Shown: positions 47,604 to 58,327, counted from the first letter of the stretch. The stretch: 64,000 nt of DNA from Acholeplasmataceae bacterium (GCA_012838545.1 DUPC01000017.1:9202-73201); one strand, 5' to 3'. The notes: generated by a model from the sequence alone, not told the origin. Numbers and translations are program-made.

Positions 47604-49894
47604 TAAGAATCACCTTCTATCACCAAATAATTAAACGGCGCAACCGTTTTGCCACCCACACTGAAAGGTTCATTGGTATAATTGACCACGATTTTGACAA
47701 GATTGTCATAGGTGACAACGGCTATACCCGGTTGAAGGTACTCGTGATTCATAAGGGTTGAACCCCTCACGTGTTTTAAGGCTTCATTGATATGTGTATA
47801 CAAATTCCCGATAATGTCGCGCCAAACAGCATATTCGCTGGTGTAAATATGTTCTGAATTGGTGTAGCGCAAGTAATAGCTTGGATTTTGCGAAAGAATA
47901 AAGGAAGGGTACAGATTGTACTCGACTAAACGCAAAGCAAAAATCTGCGAATCGCTGATGAAATTACTATATGGCGCAAATAAATTCACACCACCTCCTA
48001 AAACCAAAGATATAAGCGGAATCGAATCCGTTACAAAGGCATAACGACTCGATTCATAAGGTGTTGAATAAAAACTATTTATATAAGGGTACAAATAACT
48101 GTTGGGATTATTCATTCCCAGTTTGAATGTCGAAAGTTGTTTTATCTCTTCTTCGACGATTTTTAGCATTTGTTCTCGGTATACTTCTTTTCCTTTATAT
48201 AAATAAGAGTAACCTGCTTCTCCCACATAAGTTAAATTTAAATTATTGATTCCTAAGTTTCGGTAGTCATCTTTATATTTGAGGATATTATCCGCCAACA
48301 CCCCAGGGTTTAAGTGATAACCAGTTGTTTTTAAGGATGAATTAAATTGATAAACAAACGGTTGGAGATTGGTTCTTTTGATAATCGGACTGCTTAGAGG
48401 GCTTTTACTGGTGGCAAGAGGGTTTTGATAGGAATAAATTTCAATCCCTTTTTCCTCCAAGAAAACCATCAACTTGCTAAATTCTTTTTTGCCTCCCAGT
48501 TTTCGGGAAACTTTCGGTTTAAGCGGCAAATTGTCGTAGTAACCATTTTTGTTCCAACCGATATAGGTGATTTCCATATTTTTAACCTGTTGGCTGATTA
48601 AATCTGTAACAATATCTTTTAAATTACGGTAACTCGTCATCGCAATATACTTTTTGCCGAAGAGACCTGGTTTATAGTCTTGTGCAATAAAGTCGGTTTT
48701 TAACGGAATATCGCCTGGGGTTTGCTTTTTTAAAGCAAAGCTATCTCGATAAGCTTTTGCCATTCCGACGTAATTGGCTTGGTCTTTTGGCAAGAAGGTA
48801 TATTGCACTTCATAATCAGTTGGGTAAACCTCCGAATTGATTAAACTAATGGCGTTTTGGTCAGCTGTAGCCATGAAAACTAAAAAGCGGTCACGCGCCA
48901 AATATTTAAAGAAAGTGCGATTGAGATTTAAGTTATTGTACATGTAAGGATAAGCATGAAGTTCGCTGGAGCCGCTTCCCTTGGTAATTTGGGCGAGGAT
49001 TGCGGCTTGGTTATAACCATGGTTGATTCCGTATATCGGCATCGTCACCAAATGTTGATTGGATAAATGCGCGGATAATTGCGACCGTTCTTGAATGCCG
49101 TAGTCGCTTCCGTATATCCGTTTAATGTAAGCCGTTTGGTATTCTTCATCGGTATAGCGGATTAAGGCACCGCTTCCGTCTGGTATCATGGCATATGCGT
49201 TGATTTGATGATTGTCGGCACCCAGATACGGAAAAAAGGCAATGCTTTTTAGTTTATACTTTTTTTCGTAATTTGCGATTTGAATCGGTACTTCTTTTAA
49301 AGAATCTTTTAAAAAAGTAGTAACCAAATTGCGACCATCGAGGGCGATTTTTACCTGAAAACTGATGCCGATTTTATTAAAGTTCAGTCCGATTAAACAT
49401 CCGTCGGAATTCGTTTCGATTTCCACAGTTCGCTCCGAGACTTCCGAACTGTAACGCCCAATTTCAATCAATTCGGAACTGGTGGTTTCGAAACATTCAA
49501 TGTGAATTCCTGAAGCAATTTGGTTCTTGACCCCAGCGCTATAGGAAGCACTTTCATACTCCGGATAACTGGAATACCAATGATACTGCGCTTTTTTATC
49601 ATAGACGGCAATCCCCAAACTAATTGGATGCAGAAACAAAATCAAATCATCGTTTTCCGCCACCTTCTGATACGTTTTGTTTTGATAGGTTTTGCTTAAA
49701 GGTAAATCCGGATCAAGAGAAGGATTTACCGGGGTTTTATCCTCTGGTTGAGTAAAGAAGTTTGTGGTTGGGTCAATAGTTGTTTCCTCGATTATTAGAG
49801 GATTATGTACTGTTTTGGAATTGCTTATCAAACTCGGAACCATGACCAGCAAAATAGTAATTATTAAAACAAGGATAACAGAACGCCTAGTCAC
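47603..49894 (-). CDS. DUF5696-like secreted/membrane-anchored protein
   Basis: N-terminal TM/signal. Motifs FFPYLGA, YAMIPDGSGALI, IYGSDYG, MPIYG, GWNKNG and SIPLISLVLGG are recalled from DUF5696 proteins of NHL/YIP1 sugar-transport clusters. Confidence 0.7.
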   Translation of the reverse strand: MTRRSVILVLIITILLVMVPSLISNSKTVHNPLIIEETTIDPTTNFFTQPEDKTPVNPSLDPDLPLSKTYQNKTYQKVAENDDLILFLHPISLGIAVYDKKAQYHWYSSYPEYESASYSAGVKNQIASGIHIECFETTSSELIEIGRYSSEVSERTVEIETNSDGCLIGLNFNKIGISFQVKIALDGRNLVTTFLKDSLKEVPIQIANYEKKYKLKSIAFFPYLGADNHQINAYAMIPDGSGALIRYTDEEYQTAYIKRIYGSDYGIQERSQLSAHLSNQHLVTMPIYGINHGYNQAAILAQITKGSGSSELHAYPYMYNNLNLNRTFFKYLARDRFLVFMATADQNAISLINSEVYPTDYEVQYTFLPKDQANYVGMAKAYRDSFALKKQTPGDIPLKTDFIAQDYKPGLFGKKYIAMTSYRNLKDIVTDLISQQVKNMEITYIGWNKNGYYDNLPLKPKVSRKLGGKKEFSKLMVFLEEKGIEIYSYQNPLATSKSPLSSPIIKRTNLQPFVYQFNSSLKTTGYHLNPGVLADNILKYKDDYRNLGINNLNLTYVGEAGYSYLYKGKEVYREQMLKIVEEEIKQLSTFKLGMNNPNSYLYPYINSFYSTPYESSRYAFVTDSIPLISLVLGGGVNLFAPYSNFISDSQIFALRLVEYNLYPSFILSQNPSYYLRYTNSEHIYTSEYAVWRDIIGNLYTHINEALKHVRGSTLMNHEYLQPGIAVVTYDNLVKIVVNYTNEPFSVGGKTVAPFNYLVIEGDS

Positions 49895-51995
49895 GGAAAA
49901 TCACCTCTTTTACGATGTCGGAAACAAAACTTACGACTTGGGCGATAATCATATAGACTAAAATACAGGCAATGATTAACACCACCATCAACAAGAAAGT
50001 AACAAGGAAATTAAAGATATTGCGTTTGACGGAGTAGTTGTGAAGTTCCTTATTGGCAATAAACAATAGTACCGCACTCCAGGCAAACATAATGGTTAAG
50101 CCAAAGTAATAGATGAAACTTTCGTTGTATGTGAGAAAATTGGAGATGATGATTAAGAAAGGATAGATGATAATAATCGGTGTTAGTGAAGCCATGGTGG
50201 TTAGGAAAATACTTCTGAAGGTTCCTTCACCTTCAAGGAGCGAGGAAGTCAGATAGTTTGCTACCACAAAAGCCACCAAAGGAATGACAATTTTGAAAGC
50301 TTCCTTTAACAGAATGGTTCGTTCAATGATGACGTCATTGAATAAGAAACCCCTTCCTACCAAACCCCATAAATATAAAGCAAAAATCAAGACTAAATAA
50401 ACTACTCCGTTAAGGATATTTATTCTTTTATTGGTTTTGATTAAATAACCGGTATCAAGCGGTTTTTTGATAAACCGGAACATTAGGCTAAATTGATGAA
50501 CCCATGGCACTTGCTTTATTTTGGAAACGGTGTTTCCGACAAAAGCAAAGGCTTGGGTTTTTTTGTTCAATAGTTTTACAACATACCAGGCAACAACCAA
50601 AATCACTAAACCGGTTATAATCCCCCCGGCATGCATAGTCAAAAATTCGTTTCGAATTTCCCAATAAGCGTCGGAATACTCTTCCTTGGCATTGGCAATT
50701 TCAAATTTTTCCAAAGCTTTTTGGTATTCGTGTGCTTGGTAGTGGGCCAAACCGATGCCCTTGTGGGCAAAGTCAAACATCGAATTGTAACGAAAAACTT
50801 CTTCAAACAAAGCTTTGCTTTCAATGTATTGACCGTTGTTGTAGTATCCCAAGGCATGATGAACCAAATTAACAAACTGGGTCGGCTTAAAGATTTGGAT
50901 GCTGTTGTCGTTATCGTCCACCACAAAAAGCTGACCTTTGGAGTTTAGCGCAATGGCACTAGCACTATTAAACAAACCCAATCGATCGGTTCCCACCGCT
51001 TTTCCGGAAAAGATAAAGAGGAGATTGCCTTCTTTATCATACTCATAAATAAAGCCATTCTTCGTAACCCCAAATACATTTCCGACACTGCCTGGGATGG
51101 CGCTTACGAAATCGCTCGTCGCATACATTTCCACCGGAAAGTAGTTAATGCCGCCGATATTAACCTTTTTCAAGGTATCGCCCAAATTGTTTTTTACAAT
51201 CGTTTGGGTGACAGTAAAGATATATCCCGAATCGTCGATTACCACGTTAAACGGAGGCGGAGGAAGCGTTTTGCTGATAATCGCTTCTTCGTTATCTCCA
51301 TATAAGAATTTGATTATTTTGGTTTTTAGGGAAGTCGATACTTGGTTCGGTGCAAAGAAACTCATGAAACGGTTGGTATCATTTATCATGAGAATTCCGT
51401 TAAAGGAACCTTCCACCACGACATACATCGTTTTATTCATGTCGACCGCTATCTTCTCCGGCCTAAAGTAGAAGTTTTCGACCTTTAACAAAGGACTGTC
51501 GGGACAAGCACGTTCTTCTTTGAAAGTAACGGAATTATCAGTTTTATTGTATTGATATATATATATCCGACCGCTTTGGTTGTCTTCCAAAGCTCCATAA
51601 TCTGCTACATATACCAAATCATCCCGGACATACACTCCCCTTGGGGAGATGAGTTTACCGTCAGAAGCGCCAAAACTATTCACGTATTCATACCGGTCAT
51701 TTAAAATTACAATCCGTTTATTCTTGGTATCCGCAATATACAAGTAATCATCTTGGTCAATGAACAAATCTTTCGGGTTGCTCAAAGAATCAACCGCCCC
51801 TAGGGTATTGGGGAATTTCTTCAATTTCAAAATCGCTTCATAAGCATCGGGTGCGGGAACCAGTTCCCCGTAACGATTTAAAGTTTGGGTCACATAAGGG
51901 CTGGCAGCTTGGGTTTGGACTTCGCTAAAACATACAATTGATAAGGTCAGTAAAGCCAATATCAATAACCGCTTAAACACTGCTTTTTTATTCAT
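49887..51995 (-). CDS. NHL-repeat beta-propeller + TPR + YIP1-like multi-TM protein
   Basis: Signal peptide; NHL repeats (LSNPKDLFID, YIADTKNKRIV, SPRGVYV, RPEKIAVD); TPR segment (FAHKGIGLAHYQAHEYQKALEKF); about six C-terminal TM helices with GEGTFRSIF. Confidence 0.85.
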   Translation of the reverse strand: MNKKAVFKRLLILALLTLSIVCFSEVQTQAASPYVTQTLNRYGELVPAPDAYEAILKLKKFPNTLGAVDSLSNPKDLFIDQDDYLYIADTKNKRIVILNDRYEYVNSFGASDGKLISPRGVYVRDDLVYVADYGALEDNQSGRIYIYQYNKTDNSVTFKEERACPDSPLLKVENFYFRPEKIAVDMNKTMYVVVEGSFNGILMINDTNRFMSFFAPNQVSTSLKTKIIKFLYGDNEEAIISKTLPPPPFNVVIDDSGYIFTVTQTIVKNNLGDTLKKVNIGGINYFPVEMYATSDFVSAIPGSVGNVFGVTKNGFIYEYDKEGNLLFIFSGKAVGTDRLGLFNSASAIALNSKGQLFVVDDNDNSIQIFKPTQFVNLVHHALGYYNNGQYIESKALFEEVFRYNSMFDFAHKGIGLAHYQAHEYQKALEKFEIANAKEEYSDAYWEIRNEFLTMHAGGIITGLVILVVAWYVVKLLNKKTQAFAFVGNTVSKIKQVPWVHQFSLMFRFIKKPLDTGYLIKTNKRINILNGVVYLVLIFALYLWGLVGRGFLFNDVIIERTILLKEAFKIVIPLVAFVVANYLTSSLLEGEGTFRSIFLTTMASLTPIIIIYPFLIIISNFLTYNESFIYYFGLTIMFAWSAVLLFIANKELHNYSVKRNIFNFLVTFLLMVVLIIACILVYMIIAQVVSFVSDIVKEVIFRD

Positions 51996-52897
51996 CCTTT
52001 TAACCCCGAATGTGCCATGGTGCTCATGACATTGCTTTGCAAAATGATAAACACGATAATGTTTGGTAAAAAGATGATTAAGGAAGCTGCCGCGGCCATC
52101 CCTTGGGACGCAATCGAACTAAGTCCCATGGTTAGAGTGCCAAAGTAATAAGGAAGCGTTTTGAGGTTTTCATTGACCAAATAGAGTTGCGAAGATTCCA
52201 CATTATTCCACGATGCTTGGAAAGCGAGAATTGCCACGGTTGCCAGAGCGGGTTTTACCAAAGGCATAACGATATGCCAATAAAACTGCAATTTGTTGGC
52301 ACCATCCATCGCCGCTGCATCAATCAAGTCCCTAGGGATTTGATCCATAAATTGTTTTAACAAAAAGATTCCTACCGGCATCGCCAGAAGCGGTATGATA
52401 TGTGCCATAAAGGTATTGGTGATGCCTAAAAACGTTAATACCATGTATCTTGGTACCGCCACCGCTATCGGAACAAACATGATGGCAATTTGCGTAGCGG
52501 TAAAAAGCACTTTTTTGCCTTTAAATTTCAGGAAACTGAACGCATAAGCACCAAGACTGGAGATTGCCAAAGACAAAATAATTACTATAATACAAGCGAT
52601 GATACTGTTGAATAAGTATCGGGAAAACGGTACCTCGGTTTGCGTAGCTGCTTCAAAGAGGTTTTTGAAATTATCAAAAGTAATGCGCGAGGCAAAGATC
52701 TTGGGCGGATACGCATATAGTTCTTCTAAAGGTTTAAATGCATGAGAGATAATAAACAGAATAGGTACCAACATCACAAGTACAATCGGCAACAGTATCA
52801 GAATGAATTTAATTTGCGACCGGTGAAAGCGTGACGGATTAATCATCGTCCCTAAGAACGAAGCTCTTTTTCTTTTCTTAAAAAGTTTTTTCTTCAT
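51992..52897 (-). CDS. Carbohydrate ABC transporter permease (MalG-like)
   Basis: AFKPLEEL, LLKQFM, DAAAMDGA and FQASWNN. Confidence 0.93.
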   Translation of the reverse strand: MKKKLFKKRKRASFLGTMINPSRFHRSQIKFILILLPIVLVMLVPILFIISHAFKPLEELYAYPPKIFASRITFDNFKNLFEAATQTEVPFSRYLFNSIIACIIVIILSLAISSLGAYAFSFLKFKGKKVLFTATQIAIMFVPIAVAVPRYMVLTFLGITNTFMAHIIPLLAMPVGIFLLKQFMDQIPRDLIDAAAMDGANKLQFYWHIVMPLVKPALATVAILAFQASWNNVESSQLYLVNENLKTLPYYFGTLTMGLSSIASQGMAAAASLIIFLPNIIVFIILQSNVMSTMAHSGLKG

Positions 52898-53803
52898 TTA
52901 ATCACGCTCCTCGCTTCCAAACACGCGATATGACAAGCGGTTAAACACCAGACAGAAGAGTAAAAGAATTATCGATAAAGCCGAGGCATAGCCCATTTCA
53001 AGTTTGGTGAAGGCATAATCGTTCATGTGATCGACAATCAGCCATCCCGCATACTGTGGCGGCGGATATGCGCCTGTGATTGCGGAGGCGATACCGGAAG
53101 CATTGAAAGTTCCGACGATTGCCATCACTGCTCCAAAGAGCATTTGTGGTTTCATCGAAGGTATCGTAATATAAATGATTTCTTGAAACCGGTTTTTCAT
53201 TCCGTCGATATAAGCCGCTTCATACATTTCGCGGTTGATGTTGAGAATACCCGAAAGCATTGCCAAGAAACCGATGCCCATGCTGGACCAGAGCCCGACA
53301 AACACCATAATGCCAAAAACGATATTGACGTTTTGCAAAAATTGCAAAGGTTCATTGATTAAACCCATATTTAACAATAGATAATTCAAATATCCGCGGT
53401 TATCCCCGCTAAAGAGGACTCGCCACCCTACCGCCATTAAAGCCCCGCTGGTTAAGGCCGGTGAGTAGATGATTATCGCCAAAACCGTTCTTAAGCGTTT
53501 GGTGAGCTGAGCCAAACACCAAGCAAGGAAAAACGATAAAATATAACCACCCGGTCCGACAAGCAAGGCATATTTGATGGTAATCGGCAAAGCATATTGC
53601 ATAAATTCGCTGTCTTGAGTGAACAAGTTAACGTAATTTCGAAAGCCGATAAATTGCGGAAAATTGATGGTATCAAAATACGTTAACGATAAAAGCATCG
53701 ATATCGCGATTAGAATGACCACGAATGTCAAAAACATTAAAGCATATGGGAGGATAAAGAGATAAGAGGTGTTGAGCTTGCTTTTATTCTTCTTCATGTC
53801 CAT
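52898..53803 (-). CDS. Carbohydrate ABC transporter permease (MalF-like)
   Basis: YSPAL, LWSSMGIGFL, YEAAYIDG and MGYASA. Confidence 0.93.
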   Translation of the reverse strand: MDMKKNKSKLNTSYLFILPYALMFLTFVVILIAISMLLSLTYFDTINFPQFIGFRNYVNLFTQDSEFMQYALPITIKYALLVGPGGYILSFFLAWCLAQLTKRLRTVLAIIIYSPALTSGALMAVGWRVLFSGDNRGYLNYLLLNMGLINEPLQFLQNVNIVFGIMVFVGLWSSMGIGFLAMLSGILNINREMYEAAYIDGMKNRFQEIIYITIPSMKPQMLFGAVMAIVGTFNASGIASAITGAYPPPQYAGWLIVDHMNDYAFTKLEMGYASALSIILLLFCLVFNRLSYRVFGSEERD

Positions 53804-56756
53804 ACCCCTTTATCCATTGGTTTAGGTTGTCAAGTTTAGGTATAATATAAGGTTTAACAGGTTTTCCGTCTTTCAGGTAACCGAACTCTTCAAATTTTCT
53901 TTTGAGTTCACGGTTGATTTTAGGAATCGATTGATTGATGGCAACCCGCGTATTCATTTTGTCGATAACGACTTTGTTCCAGATATTGCTGATTTCCCTT
54001 TCAACAACGTAACTGCCCGGAATAATGGCGGGAATTCTGCTCCACTTGGCCTGGGATAGAACTTGCACCTTTATTTCTTCGTCCCAAGGCGAATCTGTCA
54101 AACTTTGCATATTGGCAGGAACAAACAAATACTTTTCGCCAAGAATCATCTTTACTTGATTTAAATACAGCGATTGAACTTCGGTGGAATGAAACCACTT
54201 CAAAAATTTCCAAGCTTGTTCTTTTTTATCGCTGTCTTTAAACATGATGCTGCACTTACCGTAGGTTGTGGTCCATCTGGCTACTTTCTGCAACTTTTCC
54301 GAATACATTCCCGGTATTGGCAAAACGCCCCATTGGCCGGTTAGCTCAGGGCAAGCATATTTAAGTTGCAAATAAAAGTCAATGGAAGCAAGTCCTGCCG
54401 GCAAGGTGCCTGAACGAAAGTGTTCAAAGAAGTTTGCGACTTGTTGAGGTAAATTATAAATGGTAAACAGACTGGTCATGAATTCGATGGCTTGGATTAC
54501 TTCCAAGGAATCCAAGTTGCTGAGGTAACCGGTATCGTCGTACATTTCCGCTCCCATCAAATAAAAGAATGGCGATGTTTGACCATACCCTTTATAAGCA
54601 CTTTCGTGTCCTAACGGATGGTAAAAGTTCATGGAATAACTTTGCAAGGTTGGCAAAATCTTAATAACATCCTCCCATGTATCCGGAAGGTTCAAACCTA
54701 GAAAGCTGAAGATATCTTTACGATAAAATAACAGTTGCATTCCTTGGGTTTCCGGGATACCATATACACCGGTATTATAGATCAAAGGAGTGAAGTTGCT
54801 GGCGACGATTTGCGAGGTAAGCTGGTCAAATTCCGGATACTGACTCAAATCCTCAAGCATCCCCCGGAGCGCAAACGTATAAGGTTCCCATGAATCAATC
54901 CCTAAAACCAAATCAGGATTAGTTTTGGTGGCATTGTTTAAGACTAATTTTTGACTGCTTGGCAGAATGTGAAGTTTGACTTTAATATTGGAATTGGGAG
55001 TAAACTCCGAATCGATGATATCTTGCAAGATATTGGTATATAAAGCGGATTGGGCAACCCAGATTTCCAAGGTTTCGTCATCCGGTTTGGAAACTATTTT
55101 CGTACGTTGGTCAAAGAACGAATAAATAAAGCTTTTCAAGCCAAACCAAAGCCGGGCAAAAAAGTTTCCGTTTGGTTTAGGCAGTTTATAACCTTCTCCG
55201 TGAAAGACCATAAAGTCGATGTCGAGCGGTTGGAGCGAAAGGGTGCCGATGGCGGTACCGATTAGTTGATAAGCCGATCCGCTTCCGTCGCATAGTTCGC
55301 CCAAGCGGTTTTGCACTTTGTTTGGATGTTTCGCCAAACGTTCAAGTTGTTTTGCGGCAATTTTTAGGGTCGATACCTCCGATGCCTGTTTGCTTTGAGG
55401 ATCCAAATCGTTTATTCTTTGATAACACTCATTCACGATTGCGGATAAATTAAGCAAATCTACTTTTAAAGTTGGAAGGTACTTTTCGATATTCCAATCG
55501 ATTTGGGTGTTTTGGGAATGCCCGGTAATGCTTTTAATGGTTAAACCCAATTGATTGATTTCATCCATGCAATAATAAAGCTTGTCAATAATGTCGGTTA
55601 CATGGTAAGTAACGGTTTCTAAAGCAAGGGAATGGTTTCCTTTTTCCAAATAGATTAGGAATGGTTCGGCGTCGCCCAAAGTATGGTTTACCCACTTTTT
55701 GGTGGAAGGGAAAAGGTATCCTTGCAATTCTTTAAACGGTATGGAACCGTCTATATATATATTTCTTGCGACCGAAAGGTCCGCCAAGGTATTTTGCTTG
55801 ATTTTAAGCGATAATTGATAAAAGCCGCTCTCTTCAACGGGAAATTGATAAGAAACAACCGTTCCGCCCCGGGATGTGGAATTACCGTCTAAAATATTCA
55901 ATATTTTTGTTTTATAGGCGCTTGGACTAGTGGCTACGCCCTTAAAATAGGAGGATTTAACTTCAATATTGTTTTTAGCTGTGTACTTCTCTGCTTCTAT
56001 TTGCACGCTTTGTTCTTTACCAATTATCGCTTGAGGGTAACTAACTAAATAATCTTGATATGACGGTATAGATTCTTGACTAGTTAAATAAACACCGCCA
56101 ATGCGCAAATCATCATTGAGACTTACGATTTTGATTTCATTAATTCCTTCTTTGAGAAGGATGTAGTAAGGATCTTTGTGGCCGCTCACTTCATCTTTAA
56201 GAAAAGCTTTCTGCCAATTATTAACGGCTTCCGACAGCGGCAACAATTCATCGCCATATTGGTTATAGCGTTTTGTCTCATCTCTTTCGACTTGCTTCCA
56301 ATATACTTCCAAATTGATATTGGTCAATTCATTGAAAAGCACTTCGTTATTAACTAAAAGTGATATTTTCGGACCTTTCGAAAAGTCCGTTTGATAACAA
56401 TAATTAAGGGCAAGGTTATACAAACCTTCCTGATTGATATCAACATTAAAAATTAAGGTATCGTTTTTCTTTAGTTCAAATACTTCGTTTTGATAATTTT
56501 CATCATATACAATATTTAAACTAGGATTCAACGCTTTTAATTCACTTGGAGAAACGGTGTACTCATTTTCTGTAATGACCGAAAAACTTTTTTGCCATTC
56601 GGATAAGACTCTCGTGTAAGTAGACGCACGAAAAGAGTCTACTGTCGGAAGTAGATTGTTGTTTTCAGCCGATGCAAAAACACTGTCAGGATTGAGCATG
56701 GCTAATGACATTAGAAGGATATTAATTAATAGAAACGCAAAGATTTTCTTAAACAT
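53784..56756 (-). CDS. Giant (~990 aa) extracellular solute-binding protein with N-terminal CBM-like domains
   Basis: Signal peptide without a lipobox; start MFKK at 56756 after AAGGAG. Two jelly-roll-like modules (IEAEKY; GLYNLALNY / GFYQLSLK), a helical linker, then a sugar SBP (YGIPETQGMQLLFYRKDIF, PDTWED, WGVLPIPG, AWKFLKW). Confidence 0.85.
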   Translation of the reverse strand: MFKKIFAFLLINILLMSLAMLNPDSVFASAENNNLLPTVDSFRASTYTRVLSEWQKSFSVITENEYTVSPSELKALNPSLNIVYDENYQNEVFELKKNDTLIFNVDINQEGLYNLALNYCYQTDFSKGPKISLLVNNEVLFNELTNINLEVYWKQVERDETKRYNQYGDELLPLSEAVNNWQKAFLKDEVSGHKDPYYILLKEGINEIKIVSLNDDLRIGGVYLTSQESIPSYQDYLVSYPQAIIGKEQSVQIEAEKYTAKNNIEVKSSYFKGVATSPSAYKTKILNILDGNSTSRGGTVVSYQFPVEESGFYQLSLKIKQNTLADLSVARNIYIDGSIPFKELQGYLFPSTKKWVNHTLGDAEPFLIYLEKGNHSLALETVTYHVTDIIDKLYYCMDEINQLGLTIKSITGHSQNTQIDWNIEKYLPTLKVDLLNLSAIVNECYQRINDLDPQSKQASEVSTLKIAAKQLERLAKHPNKVQNRLGELCDGSGSAYQLIGTAIGTLSLQPLDIDFMVFHGEGYKLPKPNGNFFARLWFGLKSFIYSFFDQRTKIVSKPDDETLEIWVAQSALYTNILQDIIDSEFTPNSNIKVKLHILPSSQKLVLNNATKTNPDLVLGIDSWEPYTFALRGMLEDLSQYPEFDQLTSQIVASNFTPLIYNTGVYGIPETQGMQLLFYRKDIFSFLGLNLPDTWEDVIKILPTLQSYSMNFYHPLGHESAYKGYGQTSPFFYLMGAEMYDDTGYLSNLDSLEVIQAIEFMTSLFTIYNLPQQVANFFEHFRSGTLPAGLASIDFYLQLKYACPELTGQWGVLPIPGMYSEKLQKVARWTTTYGKCSIMFKDSDKKEQAWKFLKWFHSTEVQSLYLNQVKMILGEKYLFVPANMQSLTDSPWDEEIKVQVLSQAKWSRIPAIIPGSYVVEREISNIWNKVVIDKMNTRVAINQSIPKINRELKRKFEEFGYLKDGKPVKPYIIPKLDNLNQWIKGYGHEEE

Positions 56757-56822
56757 AAGTACTCCTTCTTTCCTAGATATTAAAAGCGTTGAAAAAGATA
56801 TTACCATTTTTCGAAAAATTCT

Positions 56823-58313
56823 TTAATTGTTTAGGAATCCAAGTGCCGCCCGTGCTTGTTCAAGGGCTTTCTTCGAATCGTTTTCCATGGCTTCCCTAAC
56901 GGCCGCAAAAGTGGTTTGACCACTAAAGATTTGTTCCAAGTAATCTCCAACTGCAAAATCCGCCGCATCCCAGCCAATATATTCTTTGTTCATTTGGAAA
57001 GCACCGTTTCTCAAACCTTCCAAATATTCCGGTGTTACCAGACCCGGAGCCGTATTGCTATAAGGAATGCTTTCCCAAATCCGGTTTTTACCGGTGGAGT
57101 CAATTCCGTAATCAACAATCGGATATGGATAGTTGTTGCCTTGACGATATACAACATCACTGTATTCGCTGAATATTTCAAAACGTTTTAGAATGCCTTC
57201 TTCGCCATAGCTCATCCATTTAAGAAGTTGATAAGCAGCTTTTTTCTCTGCACATAGGCTGGAAATGCCGATAATGTCGGTGTTCCCCCCGGTTACTCCT
57301 CCCGGGCCGGGGTAGATATCCCATTCAAATTCCAAGATGTCTTTGACATCTTTGAACGACCAGGATTCTTCACGCCAAATGGAAACTTTTCCGTTAACGG
57401 TCGGACGATAATCTTCCGCACCGTAATATTCCAACTTTTCTTCGGCTGTTAAACCGATTTTGCACCAACCTTCGTTTAAAGCGGTGGTGAGTTTATTGAA
57501 AGCCGTGAGTTGCGCATCATCTAAATAGTTAAAGCTTTCGCCATCAAAACCTCTGGACGACCAGGTTGCTGCTACCGAAGAGTCTGATTTCAATTTGATA
57601 ACTTTTGGCAGTTCCGAAATATATCCCCTGGTTCCGCTTTCGACGCCATAACCGCCGTTAACCCCGTACAAACCAATAATCTTTTTGGTTTCGTTGTGGG
57701 TCATTTTTGCGGTTTGTTCCATCGCTTCCCAACTCCAGTTATAACTTGGAATCGGAACATTAGCTTCTTCAAGCAATGTTTTGTTGACAATCCAAAATTG
57801 TGGATAGATATATGTTGGCACCGCATACCGCTTATTTCCAAATGTTCCCGAAGCTTGCAAAGATGGGAAAATGTATTGGGTGTCAGGGTCATTTTTATAC
57901 ATTTCGGAAATATCGGCGAGCCACCCATAAGGCAAATCTGATTCCAAACGTCGTACTAAGAAAACATCGGGGAATTGCGGGTTCTCGGCTGTATGGGCTT
58001 CCGCCCGGGCAATCATATTGTCTTGCCATTCCCAATCGTGACCGATGCTAATCATTTCCACGGTGATGTTTGGGTATTTTTCCATAAAAGCATCAATCAT
58101 TAATGATTCCACGGTGATTTGTTCGAGTTCGGTGTGTTGCCAGGAAGCATAGGTTAGATTTATCGGTTTTTCCAACCAGTCCTCAATTCCGTTTCCGTCT
58201 TCATCCCAGAACGTTCCTTTTTTTTCTCCGCCGTTTCCGTTGCCATTACCACAACCTACGACAAAGGCCAAAAGGAACAACATACTAAAAAGCATTAAAA
58301 ATCTTTTTTTCAT
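56823..58313 (-). CDS. Carbohydrate ABC transporter substrate-binding lipoprotein
   Basis: Lipobox VVGC with a GNGNGNGG linker; FMEKYPNITVE, YAVPT, WSWEAM and AAYQLLKWM. Start MKKRF at 58313. Confidence 0.88.
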   Translation of the reverse strand: MKKRFLMLFSMLFLLAFVVGCGNGNGNGGEKKGTFWDEDGNGIEDWLEKPINLTYASWQHTELEQITVESLMIDAFMEKYPNITVEMISIGHDWEWQDNMIARAEAHTAENPQFPDVFLVRRLESDLPYGWLADISEMYKNDPDTQYIFPSLQASGTFGNKRYAVPTYIYPQFWIVNKTLLEEANVPIPSYNWSWEAMEQTAKMTHNETKKIIGLYGVNGGYGVESGTRGYISELPKVIKLKSDSSVAATWSSRGFDGESFNYLDDAQLTAFNKLTTALNEGWCKIGLTAEEKLEYYGAEDYRPTVNGKVSIWREESWSFKDVKDILEFEWDIYPGPGGVTGGNTDIIGISSLCAEKKAAYQLLKWMSYGEEGILKRFEIFSEYSDVVYRQGNNYPYPIVDYGIDSTGKNRIWESIPYSNTAPGLVTPEYLEGLRNGAFQMNKEYIGWDAADFAVGDYLEQIFSGQTTFAAVREAMENDSKKALEQARAALGFLNN

Positions 58314-58327
58314 CTTTTTCCTTCCCT

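Noticed and set aside
56780-56795. cre/LacI-like site TAAAAGCGTTGAAA
   Set aside because: It matches the cre consensus only at the central GCG and is not palindromic enough to call.
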